Assembly: GCA_945865925.1 (NCBI GenBank)
Contig: CAMBFG010000006.1
Coordinates: 64,760-128,759 of the forward strand
Direction: 5' to 3'
DNA from: Dehalococcoides mccartyi
GTDB lineage: Bacteria > Chloroflexota > Dehalococcoidia > UBA2979
DNA length: 64,000 nucleotides
A program made the position numbers and the translations under genes. Under the pieces are notes generated by a model. The model saw only the letters and a list, made by a program, of their open reading frames with translations. It ran no database searches and was not told the DNA's origin. Position 1 is the first letter of the stretch, and every line of letters starts with the position of its first letter. This document shows, one piece after another, positions 28,059-38,526 of this stretch.

Positions 28059-29849
28059 TCAGGCGGGCGTAGAGCCGAATTGGCGGGCGGCCGTCTCGGC
28101 TACCTCGATCGTGAGGCCGCCGATCAGCGCCTGGCGCTGCGCGACCACGGCGGCGACCACCTCGGCGCGCGCGACCTGCGAGGACTCTCCGCCGTCGCGG
28201 ATCTTCAGTTCGACAATGCCAGCGGCGAAGTTCCGGCTCGACACGGTCAGACGGAGCGGGACGCCGATCAGGTCGGCGTCGTTGAACTTCACGCCCGGTC
28301 GCTCGTCGCGGTCATCGAAGATCACGTCGAGGCCCGCCTCGTGTAGCGCGTCGTAGAGGGCGTCCGCGTCCGCGCGGGCCGCCTCGTCGCGGTCGAGTCC
28401 GATGCCGACCATGTGGACGTCATACGGCGCGATCGAGGCGGGCCACGCGAGGCCAGCGTCGTCGCGATGCACCTCGGCGGCGGCGGCGATGATCCGCTCG
28501 ACGCCGATGCCGTAGCAGCCCATCGTCGGGGTGAGTTGCGCGCCCTGCGCGTCCTGCACCGAGACGCTCATCGAGGTGGTGTAGACGTACTGTAGCCGGA
28601 ACACGTGGCCCATCTCGATGCCGCGCGTGGAGCCGAGGGTGCCCTGGCCACACTGCGCGCACATGTGGCCGACCTGCGCCGTCGCGATGTCCGCGACCAC
28701 CTCGGCCTGCCAGTCACGGCCGATGTTCACGTTGCGTTTGTGCCAGCCGGCGCGGTTCGCGCCCGCCACCAGGTTCGGCGATTCCGCCACCGAGGTGTCG
28801 GCGATCACCCGCACGCCCGCGCGCACCCCGATCGGCGAGGCGTATCCGGCGACCAGCCCGTACTCGGCGACCTCCGCGTCCACCATCGGCCGCAGTTCCG
28901 CACCGCCGAGGGCGTTCGTCAGTTTGATCTCGTTGACCTCAAGGTCGCCGCGCACCACAGCGAAGACTGGCTTGCCGCTGCGCTCGCCCTTCTGAGTGGC
29001 CATGTAGAACACGGCCTTCGCGGTTTGCTTCGCCTCGATGCCGAGGAACTTCGCGAGGTCGGTGATCGAGGTGACACCGGGCGTCTCGACGTCCTCGATG
29101 GCGGCGGGCTCACCGGCGACGGCAGCGGGACGGATGAAGGCGGCCTTCTCCGTGTTGGCGGCGTAGGTGCAGTGGTCGCAGAACACCACCGTGTCCTCGC
29201 CCGTCTCCGTCGGGAAGATGAACTCCTGCGAGCCCTTGCCGCCGATGGCGCCCGAGTCGGCCTCGACCGGCAGCGTCGGAATACCGCAGCGCGCGAAGAT
29301 GCGGCGGTACGCCTCGAACATCGCGGCGTAGGACGCGTCGAGGCCGGCGTCGTCCGCATCGAAGGAGTAAGCGTCCTTCATCGTGAACTCGCGGACGCGT
29401 ACCAGGCCGCCGCGGGGGCGGGCCTCGTCGCGGAACTTCGTCTGGATCTGGTACAGCGTGACGGGAAGGTCGCGGTAGGAGAACGCGTGGTCCTTGAAGA
29501 GGCGGGTGATCACCTCTTCATGCGTGGGGCCGAGGGCCATGCCGCGCTCACGGCGGTCGGACAGCTGGAAGAGCACGTCGCCCATCTGAGCCTTGCGGCC
29601 GGTGGCCTCCCACAACTCGATCGGCTGAATCGCCGGGAGGTGAACCTCCTGCGCGCCCGCGCGGTCCATCTCCTCGCGGACGACCTGCTCCACCTTCAGC
29701 TTCACGCGCTGCCCCAGCGGCAGGAAGGAGTAGACCCCCGACATCAACTGGTCGATGTACCCGCCGCGCAGCAACAGCGCGTGCGAAGCCGTCTCGGCGT
29801 CGCCGGGCATCTCCCGCAGGGTGCGTCCAAACATCCGTGACATGCGCAT
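28059..29849 (-). CDS. proS: Prolyl-tRNA synthetase (bacterial type with editing domain)
   Basis: Class II aaRS motifs, N-terminus MSRMFGRTLREMPGDAETASHALLLRGGYI typical of ProRS. Confidence 0.9.
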   Translation of the reverse strand: MRMSRMFGRTLREMPGDAETASHALLLRGGYIDQLMSGVYSFLPLGQRVKLKVEQVVREEMDRAGAQEVHLPAIQPIELWEATGRKAQMGDVLFQLSDRRERGMALGPTHEEVITRLFKDHAFSYRDLPVTLYQIQTKFRDEARPRGGLVRVREFTMKDAYSFDADDAGLDASYAAMFEAYRRIFARCGIPTLPVEADSGAIGGKGSQEFIFPTETGEDTVVFCDHCTYAANTEKAAFIRPAAVAGEPAAIEDVETPGVTSITDLAKFLGIEAKQTAKAVFYMATQKGERSGKPVFAVVRGDLEVNEIKLTNALGGAELRPMVDAEVAEYGLVAGYASPIGVRAGVRVIADTSVAESPNLVAGANRAGWHKRNVNIGRDWQAEVVADIATAQVGHMCAQCGQGTLGSTRGIEMGHVFRLQYVYTTSMSVSVQDAQGAQLTPTMGCYGIGVERIIAAAAEVHRDDAGLAWPASIAPYDVHMVGIGLDRDEAARADADALYDALHEAGLDVIFDDRDERPGVKFNDADLIGVPLRLTVSSRNFAAGIVELKIRDGGESSQVARAEVVAAVVAQRQALIGGLTIEVAETAARQFGSTPA

Positions 29850-29936
29850 GAGGCGAGTCTACGAGGTGTACGCCCTACTTGCCCGCCCACCGCCCGTGCC
29901 ACATCGACCCTGCTGAGGCCTCACGCGCGCTCTACG

Positions 29937-31220
29937 ATGCCGCCCATGCCTGAGATCGTCATCGACCAGCAGACTGCCCGCCGCTTCATCCTCGGGAAGC
30001 AGGGGCTGTGGCCGGGCCGCCGCTGGGCAGGACGAGCCGGGACGCGCGCGGCCGCGAGGGCTGTCGAGCATCTTCAACTCGACCCGCTCGTGATCGTGGC
30101 GCGCAGTCACGACCTGATGCTGCACAGCCGCGTCGCGGACTACCGCCCTGAGCACTTCGACCACCTCGCCTACCGGCGGCGGGAGTTCTTCGACTGGGGC
30201 GGGTGGCTCGCCGTCCGTCCGATGTCGGAACTGCCGTACTGGCGCACGCTGATGCACCGCAACCGACAGCACCACCCCGAACTCGGGCGGAACGCGAAGA
30301 CCTACGCGGGCGCCATCGAGGAGGTGCGCACCGCCCTCCGCGAGCGCGGCACTGTTTCCGGCCGCGACTTCGCCGCCATCGATCGCGAGGCCGTCACGAG
30401 TTACCGAGGCAGCAAAGACACCTCGGTCGCCCTCTACTACCTCTGGCGCACCGGGGAGGCTATGACCCATCACCGTGACGGGTTCGAGCGTGTCTACGCG
30501 CTGACCGAGGCGATTGCGCCCGCGCATCTGCTCGAACCGGTCAGTGAGGCTGAAGCGGACCGCTTCCACGCGCGCAAACTCGTCGCCTACCAGGGCATCG
30601 GCCGCGTCTCGGCGCTCTCCGGCTGGCTCTCGAAGCGTGTCACCGCCACCGAGCAGCGGGCGATCGAGCGCGACCTCGTCGACTCCGGCGAGATCGTCCC
30701 GGTCACGGTCGAGGGCTGGCGGGGCGCACACTATGCCCTCGCGAGCGACGTCCGCCTGCTGCGCGAGGTCGCGCGAGGCGGCGTCCCCACGAAGTGGCGT
30801 CCCCTCGACACCTCCACCGACGACGAGGTCGCGCTCCTCTCGCCGCTCGACCCGGTCAGCGCTCGCGGCCGCGCGAAGACCCTGTTCGACTTCGACTACA
30901 AGTGGGAGATCTATCACCGCGCGGAGGACATGCGTTTCGGCCGCTACACGATGCCGATCCTCTGGGGCGACCGCCTCGTCGGCCGCCTCGATCCGAAACT
31001 CGACCGCGCCTCCGCAACCCTCGTCATCAACAACGTCTGGTTCGAGGACGCCGCGACCGGGCGGGACGAGGCGTTCCTCGAGGCGTTGGCACTCGGCGTG
31101 CGACGGCTGATGACATTCCTCGAAGTCGAGCGCGTGGACGCCTCGGGCGTCACGAGCAAGGCGGTGCGCACAGCCCTCGCGTCGCTCAACCCGTCGAGGG
31201 CGCGCAGAGCGCCGGCCTAG
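29937..31220 (+). CDS. Winged-helix DNA-binding protein, YcaQ/AlkZ-like (DUF1006) candidate DNA glycosylase
   Basis: Length and motif pattern of the YcaQ family (HxxxH... wHTH repeats); assignment by resemblance only. Confidence 0.55.
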   Translation: MPPMPEIVIDQQTARRFILGKQGLWPGRRWAGRAGTRAAARAVEHLQLDPLVIVARSHDLMLHSRVADYRPEHFDHLAYRRREFFDWGGWLAVRPMSELPYWRTLMHRNRQHHPELGRNAKTYAGAIEEVRTALRERGTVSGRDFAAIDREAVTSYRGSKDTSVALYYLWRTGEAMTHHRDGFERVYALTEAIAPAHLLEPVSEAEADRFHARKLVAYQGIGRVSALSGWLSKRVTATEQRAIERDLVDSGEIVPVTVEGWRGAHYALASDVRLLREVARGGVPTKWRPLDTSTDDEVALLSPLDPVSARGRAKTLFDFDYKWEIYHRAEDMRFGRYTMPILWGDRLVGRLDPKLDRASATLVINNVWFEDAATGRDEAFLEALALGVRRLMTFLEVERVDASGVTSKAVRTALASLNPSRARRAPA

Positions 31221-31513
31221 CCCAGCGGAACCGCCTCGAAGTGCTCGACCACGGGGAACGGGTCGTAGAAGTGGTGGAGCAGAGCGCGCCAGCGCTGGTA
31301 CTCCGGCGAGCCGCGGAAGCCGACCGTGTGCGCCTCGAGCGTCTCCCAACGCACCAGCAGCAGGTACCGCCCGGGCGCCTCGATGCAGCGCTGCAGCTCA
31401 TGCCCGAGGTACCCGGGCATCGAGGCGATGATCGGGGAGGCCTCGTGGAACGCCGCCTCGAACTCCGCCTCGCGCCCAGCGATCACTGGCAACACCGCCG
31501 CTTCGAGGATCAT
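31217..31513 (-). CDS. Antibiotic-biosynthesis-monooxygenase (ABM) domain protein
   Basis: ~100 aa ferredoxin-like ABM pattern (MILEAAVLPVIAGREAEFEAAF...LLVRWETLEAH). Confidence 0.65.
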   Translation of the reverse strand: MILEAAVLPVIAGREAEFEAAFHEASPIIASMPGYLGHELQRCIEAPGRYLLLVRWETLEAHTVGFRGSPEYQRWRALLHHFYDPFPVVEHFEAVPLG

Positions 31514-31857
31514 CGGGACGCCTCCCATTCAGCGATCTGCTTCTTCGTCGCGGCGGCACGCCACGCGTCCTCGATCAGTTCCTCCAGCACAGCGCGCTTG
31601 ACCGCCTTCAGCCGTACGAGGACGGATGGCCAGTCGCGGTAGTGGTCGGTGAAGAAGAAGACCTTCGGCTGCTCGGCACACAGCACGTCGCGCGCCTCGA
31701 TCGGCATCCACAGCACGATCACGTCCGGTTCGGGCCGCGAGTAGACGATGCCGCGCTTCTTGGTACGGAAGGCCGGTCGTCCCTCGAACGATGCGCGCTC
31801 CTCGACCCCCGGGAACCCGAGGGCGATCGCACGCACTTGCTCGAATGTGACCGCCAT
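31510..31857 (-). CDS. MmcQ/YjbR-family small protein (116 aa)
   Basis: MAVTFEQVRAIALGFPGVEE...FRTKKRGIVY pattern; ATGA overlap with downstream ABM gene. Confidence 0.5.
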   Translation of the reverse strand: MAVTFEQVRAIALGFPGVEERASFEGRPAFRTKKRGIVYSRPEPDVIVLWMPIEARDVLCAEQPKVFFFTDHYRDWPSVLVRLKAVKRAVLEELIEDAWRAAATKKQIAEWEASR

Positions 31858-32804
31858 CAGGCGACCTCCACGATCCCTGCCGTTGCGAGGACATCGATGG
31901 CGCGGGCGACGTCGTCGTCGGGCTCGACCTGGTCGATCTCGAAGGTACGCTGAGCGCGCGGGTTCGCTTCCGCGATGCGCGCCGCGAGCCACGCGAAGTC
32001 GACGTCGCCGTTGCCCGGCGCGCGGTGGTCGAGCAGGCCTCGCACGTCGTGCAGGTGCAGTTCCACCAGTCGAGGGCCCACGAGGTCCCACCAGGCGGAG
32101 CGGTCGGTGACGCCGAGCCGGTGGTGGACCTCGGCGTGGCCGACGTCGTGGACGTACCCCACGACCTCGGGCGGGTAGAGGGCGAACAGGTCAGCGGCCT
32201 CATGGGGCAGCGGGATTTCGTGGTAGTTGAGGCGCGTCTCGATGCCGAGGGTGATGCCGCGCCGGCTCGCCTCCTCCGCCATCGTCGCGAGGCTGCGGCG
32301 TGCGGCCTCGAGGGACGGCGGAGCAATCGCGGCGCGCTCGCGGACGGTCTCGTCGATGGCGGCGGCCCACTCGTCGCGCAGCACCTCGCGACGGTCGTAC
32401 ATCGAGCGCAGGCGGCGCTCGCCCGCCAGCAGCCGCTTCCCCACCCCGCCGAGGTGGACGACGACGATCGGCGCTCCCGCGTCGGCAGCGAGCGCGATCG
32501 AGCGCAGGTGGAAGTCCACCGCGAGCCCGCGCTCCACCTCGTCCGTCGCACCGAGGTTCAGTTCGCGGTTCCAACCCGCCGAGGGGTGCCGTTCCAGCGG
32601 TGCCGGCGCGTGGACGCCCGTCACCGGCAGCGACCCGTACCCGAGGATCGCCCCTGCCTGTTCCGCCGTCATCGAGTGGTTGATCTCGACGCCGCGGTAG
32701 CCGAGTTCTCCGGCGCGCTCCATGAACGCGCCCAGCGAGCGCTCAAAGCGCGGCTGGACGGCCCACATCGTGGAGAGCGAGGGAAGGAGGGGGTTGATCG
32801 CCAT
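31857..32804 (-). CDS. Sugar phosphate isomerase/epimerase (xylose-isomerase-like TIM barrel)
   Basis: GYRGVEIN...HLHDV...metal-binding pattern; ATG 32804 with gagga RBS. Confidence 0.75.
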   Translation of the reverse strand: MAINPLLPSLSTMWAVQPRFERSLGAFMERAGELGYRGVEINHSMTAEQAGAILGYGSLPVTGVHAPAPLERHPSAGWNRELNLGATDEVERGLAVDFHLRSIALAADAGAPIVVVHLGGVGKRLLAGERRLRSMYDRREVLRDEWAAAIDETVRERAAIAPPSLEAARRSLATMAEEASRRGITLGIETRLNYHEIPLPHEAADLFALYPPEVVGYVHDVGHAEVHHRLGVTDRSAWWDLVGPRLVELHLHDVRGLLDHRAPGNGDVDFAWLAARIAEANPRAQRTFEIDQVEPDDDVARAIDVLATAGIVEVA

Positions 32805-32872
32805 GGCGCGATCCTCGCGCGCGCGCGGTCGAGACGCTAGCGGCAGATGGCACAGCCCTTGGCAGCGGCAGC

Positions 32873-34060
32873 CTAGTCCACGCCGACGAGGAAGCAGCCC
32901 CAGTTTGGGCCAGCGGAGGCCTCGATCGCCCAGTTTCCCGCCCGGGGAAGCCCGAATGAGGATGTTGCGTAGAAGACGGCCGAGTCCCCCGAGACCCACG
33001 CAGGACTCACGTACGTGTAGGTGTGAGTGGGTGCATCCAGAAGCGTCGCTCGAAGAATCAGCGGAATAGGTTTCCCGTCCGATGCTGGCTTATGAAGCGG
33101 AACCCATGCGGTCTTGGCCTGTGCCTTCATTGGATCCCAGTCCGCGGCGTAGCCCATTGGGTCGAACACCCACTCGCCGGAGCGAGCGTGCGAGTTGCCT
33201 CCGGCTGTGCAGCGTCGATCAGATCCACCCTGGAGGAAGGGGCGATCAAACGACGAGGGACGGATCGTTGGCTCTGATGTCGGAGGAACCATTCCCGCTC
33301 GCATTTCGATGGATGGGATCGTCGTACCGCGCGGAGCCTTTACCTCACCGATGGTGACCAGGAAGCAACCCCATAAACCATTCGAAGTGACCACCACTGC
33401 CCAGGGTCCCACTCGCGGCAACTCGACGGGTACGCGGACCGCAAGATCGGACTGACGAATCTCGCTCCGCGACCGGTCGATCTCGGTGACGTGAGTGGCG
33501 TCCGATCCATCGAGCAGCTTGGCACGGAGGAGAATCGGCGGAGTCGGGGAGCGAAACGACGTTTGATCTGCAGGGACGAGGAGCCAATCACCAGTTGACG
33601 CTTCCTGGGAGCGGTCGAGCACCCAGTCCCGCGATCGCATCGGCCCATCGATGTTGGCGTCTATGCATGTGGTCGATGAGCGCACCGACTTGTCGAAGAC
33701 CTGAGGTAGCACACCGCGATAACCGAGTTCTCCGAGCCAACGACTATCTTCTGTCTGCGCTTGATCGAGGCTTGGTGGGGGAATCCTCGTGATCTCATTT
33801 CGAGCGCCGCCGTCGTTTCTCGTACTGTTCTCAAGCCGTACGGAGGCCAGCGGCACGACGGTATACAGCGATTGAAGTGAGGGCTGAGGCCGCGCGGTTG
33901 CCGTGGGAACTGGACCCGACGGCGACGTCAGTTCCCTCGCGGGGCTGGACGTGCAGGCCAAGAGGATTGCGGCCCACACCGTCAAGACGGTCGTGACGTA
34001 TCGCTGTCGGAATGGCGACTGTCGAGAAGCCCACGCCAACGGAGATTTCCCGTCGCTCAC
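32873..34060 (-). CDS. Lipoprotein of unknown function with internally duplicated domain (lower-GC islet)
   Basis: Lipobox AILLAC after basic n-region; two repeats ending ...PRVGPWAVVVTSNGLWGCFLVTI and ...PRAGNWAIEASAGPNWGCFLVGV; GC visibly lower (~55%). Confidence 0.6.
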   Translation of the reverse strand: MSDGKSPLAWASRQSPFRQRYVTTVLTVWAAILLACTSSPARELTSPSGPVPTATARPQPSLQSLYTVVPLASVRLENSTRNDGGARNEITRIPPPSLDQAQTEDSRWLGELGYRGVLPQVFDKSVRSSTTCIDANIDGPMRSRDWVLDRSQEASTGDWLLVPADQTSFRSPTPPILLRAKLLDGSDATHVTEIDRSRSEIRQSDLAVRVPVELPRVGPWAVVVTSNGLWGCFLVTIGEVKAPRGTTIPSIEMRAGMVPPTSEPTIRPSSFDRPFLQGGSDRRCTAGGNSHARSGEWVFDPMGYAADWDPMKAQAKTAWVPLHKPASDGKPIPLILRATLLDAPTHTYTYVSPAWVSGDSAVFYATSSFGLPRAGNWAIEASAGPNWGCFLVGVD

Positions 34061-34100
34061 GGATCGTCCAGACTCCGAACGTCGTGTCGCTCAGCCGAGC

Positions 34101-35264
34101 CTACGAGGTGGGCGCAAGGCCCTTGGTGGCGATGACGTCGTCCAGCAGCGTGCGCACCTGGCCGAGGACGGTGTCGTAGGGGTAGTGGCCGACGACAGCC
34201 TCGCCGCGCTTCAGGTTCACGCCCAGCGGGCCGCACCACAGGCCGATGTCGGCATCGTCTGTCTCGCCGGGGCCGTTCACGCGGCAGCCCATGATGGCGA
34301 TCGTCACGCGGTACTTCGAGGCGTACTCCGACATCGTCTTCACGTCGCGCGCGAGTTCGATGAACGCCTCGTTCTCCACGCGGGAGCAGGAGGGGCAGGA
34401 GATGATGTTGAGGCCTTCGCCGAAGTTGGCGGGCACGGAACGGAAGCGGCCGTTCGCGATGTCGGTGAGCAATTCGCGCCCGACGGTGATCTCCTGGCCC
34501 TTGTCCTCGAATGGCAGGGTGAGTGAGACACGGATCGTGTCACCGATACCCTCGGCCACCAACTGCTCGAAGGCGATGCGGGTCTTGATGATGCCATCGG
34601 GGGGCATCCCCGCCTCGGTCACGCCGAGGTGCAACGGGACGTCCGGGCGCTGCGAGGAGAAGCGGCGGTTGCCCTCCACGACCTTGCGCCAGTCGGAGTC
34701 CTTCAGCGACACCACGAAGCGCTGGAAGCCGAGGTCATCGAGCATCTGCGCGTGTTCGAGGGCGCTCTCCACCATCGCGCCCACATCGTCATGGCCGAAC
34801 TTGGCGGTCTTCTCCGGGTCGACGGAGCCGCAGTTCACGCCCACGCGCAGCGCGATGTCGTGCTTCGCCGCTACGTCCGCGATGAAGGCGACCTTGTCGC
34901 GCACGCTCTTTTCGCGCTCGTGGTGGTGCAGGTGGCCGGGGTTGTAGCGGACTTTGTCGACAAGCGGAGCCACGAGGGCGGCCAGCCGGTAGTTCTCCTG
35001 CAGGTCGACGGAGAGCGTCGCGCCGAGTTCGCGCGTCTGTGCGCGGATCTCCGCGAGTGCCTCGACATCCTTGCGGCTGTCGATGGCAATGCGGATGACG
35101 TCGGCGCCCGCGGCGTGGATCAGGCGCACCTGCCGCACGGTGGCCTCGATGTCCTGGGTGCGGGTAGCCGCCATCGACTGCACGGCGATGGGCGCGCCGC
35201 CGCCGATCTGCGTCTGGCCGACGCGGACGGCGCGGGTGGGCTTGCGGCGGGCGGTCATCGGCAT
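34101..35264 (-). CDS. ispG: 4-hydroxy-3-methylbut-2-enyl diphosphate synthase (GcpE)
   Basis: GcpE TIM-barrel and C-terminal 4Fe-4S cysteines (CPSCSR...C). Confidence 0.9.
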   Translation of the reverse strand: MPMTARRKPTRAVRVGQTQIGGGAPIAVQSMAATRTQDIEATVRQVRLIHAAGADVIRIAIDSRKDVEALAEIRAQTRELGATLSVDLQENYRLAALVAPLVDKVRYNPGHLHHHEREKSVRDKVAFIADVAAKHDIALRVGVNCGSVDPEKTAKFGHDDVGAMVESALEHAQMLDDLGFQRFVVSLKDSDWRKVVEGNRRFSSQRPDVPLHLGVTEAGMPPDGIIKTRIAFEQLVAEGIGDTIRVSLTLPFEDKGQEITVGRELLTDIANGRFRSVPANFGEGLNIISCPSCSRVENEAFIELARDVKTMSEYASKYRVTIAIMGCRVNGPGETDDADIGLWCGPLGVNLKRGEAVVGHYPYDTVLGQVRTLLDDVIATKGLAPTS

Positions 35265-35321
35265 CGAGGGCTCCCAGCGTGTGAGGTCGAGCGCGTCAGG
35301 CTCAGGGTAGCGCGCCGCACG

Positions 35322-36548
35322 CTAGCCACCGTCAACGATGCGTGAGATGTCCGCGAACGTGACGACGATGGCGAGCAGCAGGAACGCGGCCATCCCCACG
35401 AGGTGGACCAGCGCTTCCCGCTCCGGCCGGATCTTCCGCCCGCGTCGGACGACCTCGATGAGGACGAAGAGGACGCGACCGCCGTCCAGCATGGGGAGCG
35501 GTAGCAGGTTCAGGATGCCGAGGTTGATCGACAGCAGCGCGGCCAGTTCCAGCAGCGGCGAAATGGCGCCCGCCGTGGTCTCCGAGGAGCGGGCGACCTC
35601 GCCCGTGGTCTGGGCGATGCCGACGGGGCCCTGGAACTGCGGGCGCGTCGTCCCCTTCACCCAGCCCACGATCTCGTTGCGGGCGAGGATCAGCGTCTGC
35701 CACGTGAGTACGGCGCCATTCGGGATCGCCTCCCACGGTGGCTGCGAGACGGTCACGGTGTACGGGCGGCCGTCCACGGGGTTCACGGACTCGGGGGCGA
35801 TCGAAATCCCCGTCGGCCCCTGACCCTCGGGCGGGGCCCAGCGGGCGTACACCGGCACAGTGACGCGCTCACCGGCGCGGCGCACGACGACGTCCACCGT
35901 CTTGCCCTGATAGATGCGCACGAGGCGGCTCGCTTCGGCGAGGTTCTTCGTGTCGTACGAGCCGACGCGGAGGATCACGTCGCCCTCGCGCAGTCCCGCG
36001 GCCGCGGCCGGACTGTCGGCGGCCACGGCGGTGATGCGCGCCTGCCCCTCGTCTTCCTGGTGCGGGATCATCAGTGCGGCTGAGAGCAGCACCACCGGAA
36101 GGATGAGGTTGATGAGGGCGCCCGAGGTCAGGATGATCAGCCGCTGCCAGCGTGGTTTCGCTGCGAGCGAGCGCGGGCTCGCGGCGTTCTCCTCGCCCTC
36201 GAGGCGGACGTAGCCGCCGAGCGGGAGCCAGTTCACGGCGTATTCGGTCTCCCCGATCCGCTTCGCGAAGATGCGCGGCGGGAAGCCGAAGGCGAACTCG
36301 TGGACGCGGACGCCGAAGGCCTTCGCGGTGAAGAAGTGGCCCGCTTCGTGGACCATGACGACGCCGAGCATGATCGCGAGGAACAGCACCGCGCTGGTCA
36401 TCGCGTCCCGCGCCATCACGAATCCGATGACGAATCCGACCAGGACGATCGCTGCGGTGATCCACGTCTGCATCGGGGGGCGACCGCCGGTCATCGGAGC
36501 GTCGCTCGCAGCTTCGGCCGAGGCGCCGTCGCGCCATTCGTCACGCAT
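35322..36548 (-). CDS. rseP: RIP site-2 metalloprotease RseP (M50 family with PDZ domain); start may be internal Met (MQTW...)
   Basis: HEAGHFFTAKAFG HExxH in TM helix, PDZ domain, C-terminal LDGG motif. Confidence 0.85.
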   Translation of the reverse strand: MRDEWRDGASAEAASDAPMTGGRPPMQTWITAAIVLVGFVIGFVMARDAMTSAVLFLAIMLGVVMVHEAGHFFTAKAFGVRVHEFAFGFPPRIFAKRIGETEYAVNWLPLGGYVRLEGEENAASPRSLAAKPRWQRLIILTSGALINLILPVVLLSAALMIPHQEDEGQARITAVAADSPAAAAGLREGDVILRVGSYDTKNLAEASRLVRIYQGKTVDVVVRRAGERVTVPVYARWAPPEGQGPTGISIAPESVNPVDGRPYTVTVSQPPWEAIPNGAVLTWQTLILARNEIVGWVKGTTRPQFQGPVGIAQTTGEVARSSETTAGAISPLLELAALLSINLGILNLLPLPMLDGGRVLFVLIEVVRRGRKIRPEREALVHLVGMAAFLLLAIVVTFADISRIVDGG

Positions 36549-37699
36549 CAGCGCACCCCCGCCGCAACACGGCTATCCACGAACTGTCGTCCCCACGCTT
36601 CGGCGGCGAGCAGCGCTTCGAGGTCCTCGGTGCGCTGTGCCCGGTGGGCGTCGAGGGATTCGGCGAGCAGGCGGGCGATCTCGGTGAAGCGGATGCGGCC
36701 CGCGAGGAAGTGCGCGACCGCGGACTCGTCCGCGCCGGAGACGGCGGCGGCGGAGGTGTCATCGCGTCGCCCGGCCTCGATGGCGATGCCCAGCGCGGGG
36801 AAGCGGGCCGCATCGACGGTGCCGAACGTGAGGCTGCCGCGCTTCGCGAGGTCGAGGTCCGGCACTGGCTTCGCGGCGCCTCGGTCGGGGTAGGTGAGCG
36901 CCACCTGGATGGGGAGGCGCATGTCCGGCTCGCCCAACTGCGCCTTCACGGAGCCGTCGCGGAACGTCACCATGCTGTGCACTACGCTCTCGCGATGCTG
37001 CAGGATGTCGATGCGGTCGAGCGGGATGTCGAAGAGCCAGCGCGCCTCAATCGCCTCGAGCCCCTTGTTGAACAGCGTTGCGCTGTCGATCGTGATCTTT
37101 GGGCCCATTTTCCACGTGGGGTGTGCGAGCGCCTGTGCCGCCGTGACGGCGTCGAGGGCAGTCGGGTCGTAGTCCCGGAATGCGCCACCCGAGGCGGTGA
37201 GCGTCAGCCGCTCGACGCTCTCCGGCGCTTCGCCCCAGAGGCACTGCCAGATCGCGGAGTGTTCGGAGTCCACCGGGCGGAGTTCGGCGCCGAGGGCACG
37301 TCCAGCATCGAGGGCGGCACGCACGGCGGGCCCACCGACGACCAGCGTCTCCTTGTTTGCGATGGCGACGCGCTTGCCCGCACGGAGCGCGGCGATGGTC
37401 GCGGGGAGCGCCGCGAGGCCGCTGGTAGCGACGAGGACGACATCGACGTCATCACGGGTGGCCATCACATCGAGCGGCTGCCAGGCGGCGGAGGTTTCGG
37501 CGCGCAGCGCGTCGGAGTCGCGGCCGGGGCGGGCGAAGAGGGCGGCGGGGGAGAACTCGCGTGCCTGGGCGTGCAGCAGGCCCGCGTTGCCGCCGGCCGC
37601 GAGTGCGACCACCTCGAAGGCGTCGGGCAGCGCGCGCACGACATCGAGCGCCTGCTGGCCGACGGAACCGGTGGAGCCGAGGATCGCGAGCCGGATCAT
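36548..37699 (-). CDS. dxr: 1-deoxy-D-xylulose-5-phosphate reductoisomerase
   Basis: MIRLAILGSTGSVGQQALDVV NADPH-binding start, conserved DXR core. Confidence 0.9.
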   Translation of the reverse strand: MIRLAILGSTGSVGQQALDVVRALPDAFEVVALAAGGNAGLLHAQAREFSPAALFARPGRDSDALRAETSAAWQPLDVMATRDDVDVVLVATSGLAALPATIAALRAGKRVAIANKETLVVGGPAVRAALDAGRALGAELRPVDSEHSAIWQCLWGEAPESVERLTLTASGGAFRDYDPTALDAVTAAQALAHPTWKMGPKITIDSATLFNKGLEAIEARWLFDIPLDRIDILQHRESVVHSMVTFRDGSVKAQLGEPDMRLPIQVALTYPDRGAAKPVPDLDLAKRGSLTFGTVDAARFPALGIAIEAGRRDDTSAAAVSGADESAVAHFLAGRIRFTEIARLLAESLDAHRAQRTEDLEALLAAEAWGRQFVDSRVAAGVR

Positions 37700-37745
37700 G
37701 GCGTGCCTGCGCTCGTTGCGATGGCGTCTGCGCGGAGGTGGGGTG

Positions 37746-38522
37746 CTACAGCCATCGCACAGACCAGTATAGGCAGACGCCGACGATGAGGACCGAATCG
37801 AGGCGATCGAGCAGGCCGCCGTGGCCCGGCAGCCAGCCGGACATGTCCTTCACATCCATCGTTCGTTTGAGCGCGGACTCGAGCAGGTCACCCGTGATCG
37901 CCGCGACCGGTAGCAGCAGCGCCACCGCCGCAGCGGCGTGCCCGAGGCCGAGGTCGAACGACCCGTGCGCGACGACAAAGGCGATCGCACCGAATACGAG
38001 CCCTCCGAGGCCACCCTCCCACGTTTTCTTTGGTGACACGGACGGCCAGAGCAGGTGCTTGCCGAAGAGCCGTCCGACGGCATACGCGCCGGTGTCGGTC
38101 GCGAAGGTGGTGGCGAAGAGCACGATGCACCACGCGCGGCCATCCTCGATGCCTCGCAGCAGGATGACGTGCGCGCCGAGCGGGACGTAGAGCGTCGTGC
38201 CGAGCCACCAGCCGGCGTCCGTGGCGGCAATGCGCCCTCGCGGGTGGAGGAGGAGTGCGAGGGTGATGGCGGCCATCGCGGCGAAGGGGAGCACGGGGAA
38301 GTTCGGCGCAGCGCGCGAGGCGGCGGCGAACAACGCGACGGCTGCGGCAGCGCTCATCGCGTAGGCGGGGGAGCCATCCGGACTCGCGGCGCGGGCCATC
38401 TCGTAGGCGGCGGCGGCGAGGATGAGCGTGACGGCGGCGGCGAAGACCGGCTCGGGAGCGGCAAGGAGGAGGGCGAGGAGCGGGAGCCCGACCGTCGCGA
38501 CCAGCAGGCGCTGACGCAGCAT
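37746..38522 (-). CDS. cdsA: Phosphatidate cytidylyltransferase
   Basis: C-terminal signature SxxKRxxxxKDxxxxxPGHGGxxDRxD (PKKTWEGG...GHGGLLDRLDS). Confidence 0.85.
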   Translation of the reverse strand: MLRQRLLVATVGLPLLALLLAAPEPVFAAAVTLILAAAAYEMARAASPDGSPAYAMSAAAAVALFAAASRAAPNFPVLPFAAMAAITLALLLHPRGRIAATDAGWWLGTTLYVPLGAHVILLRGIEDGRAWCIVLFATTFATDTGAYAVGRLFGKHLLWPSVSPKKTWEGGLGGLVFGAIAFVVAHGSFDLGLGHAAAAVALLLPVAAITGDLLESALKRTMDVKDMSGWLPGHGGLLDRLDSVLIVGVCLYWSVRWL

Positions 38523-38526
38523 GGTG

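Noticed and set aside
29859-31349. 496-aa minus-strand ORF
   Set aside because: Antisense to the YcaQ-like gene; Arg/Ala-rich translation without motifs
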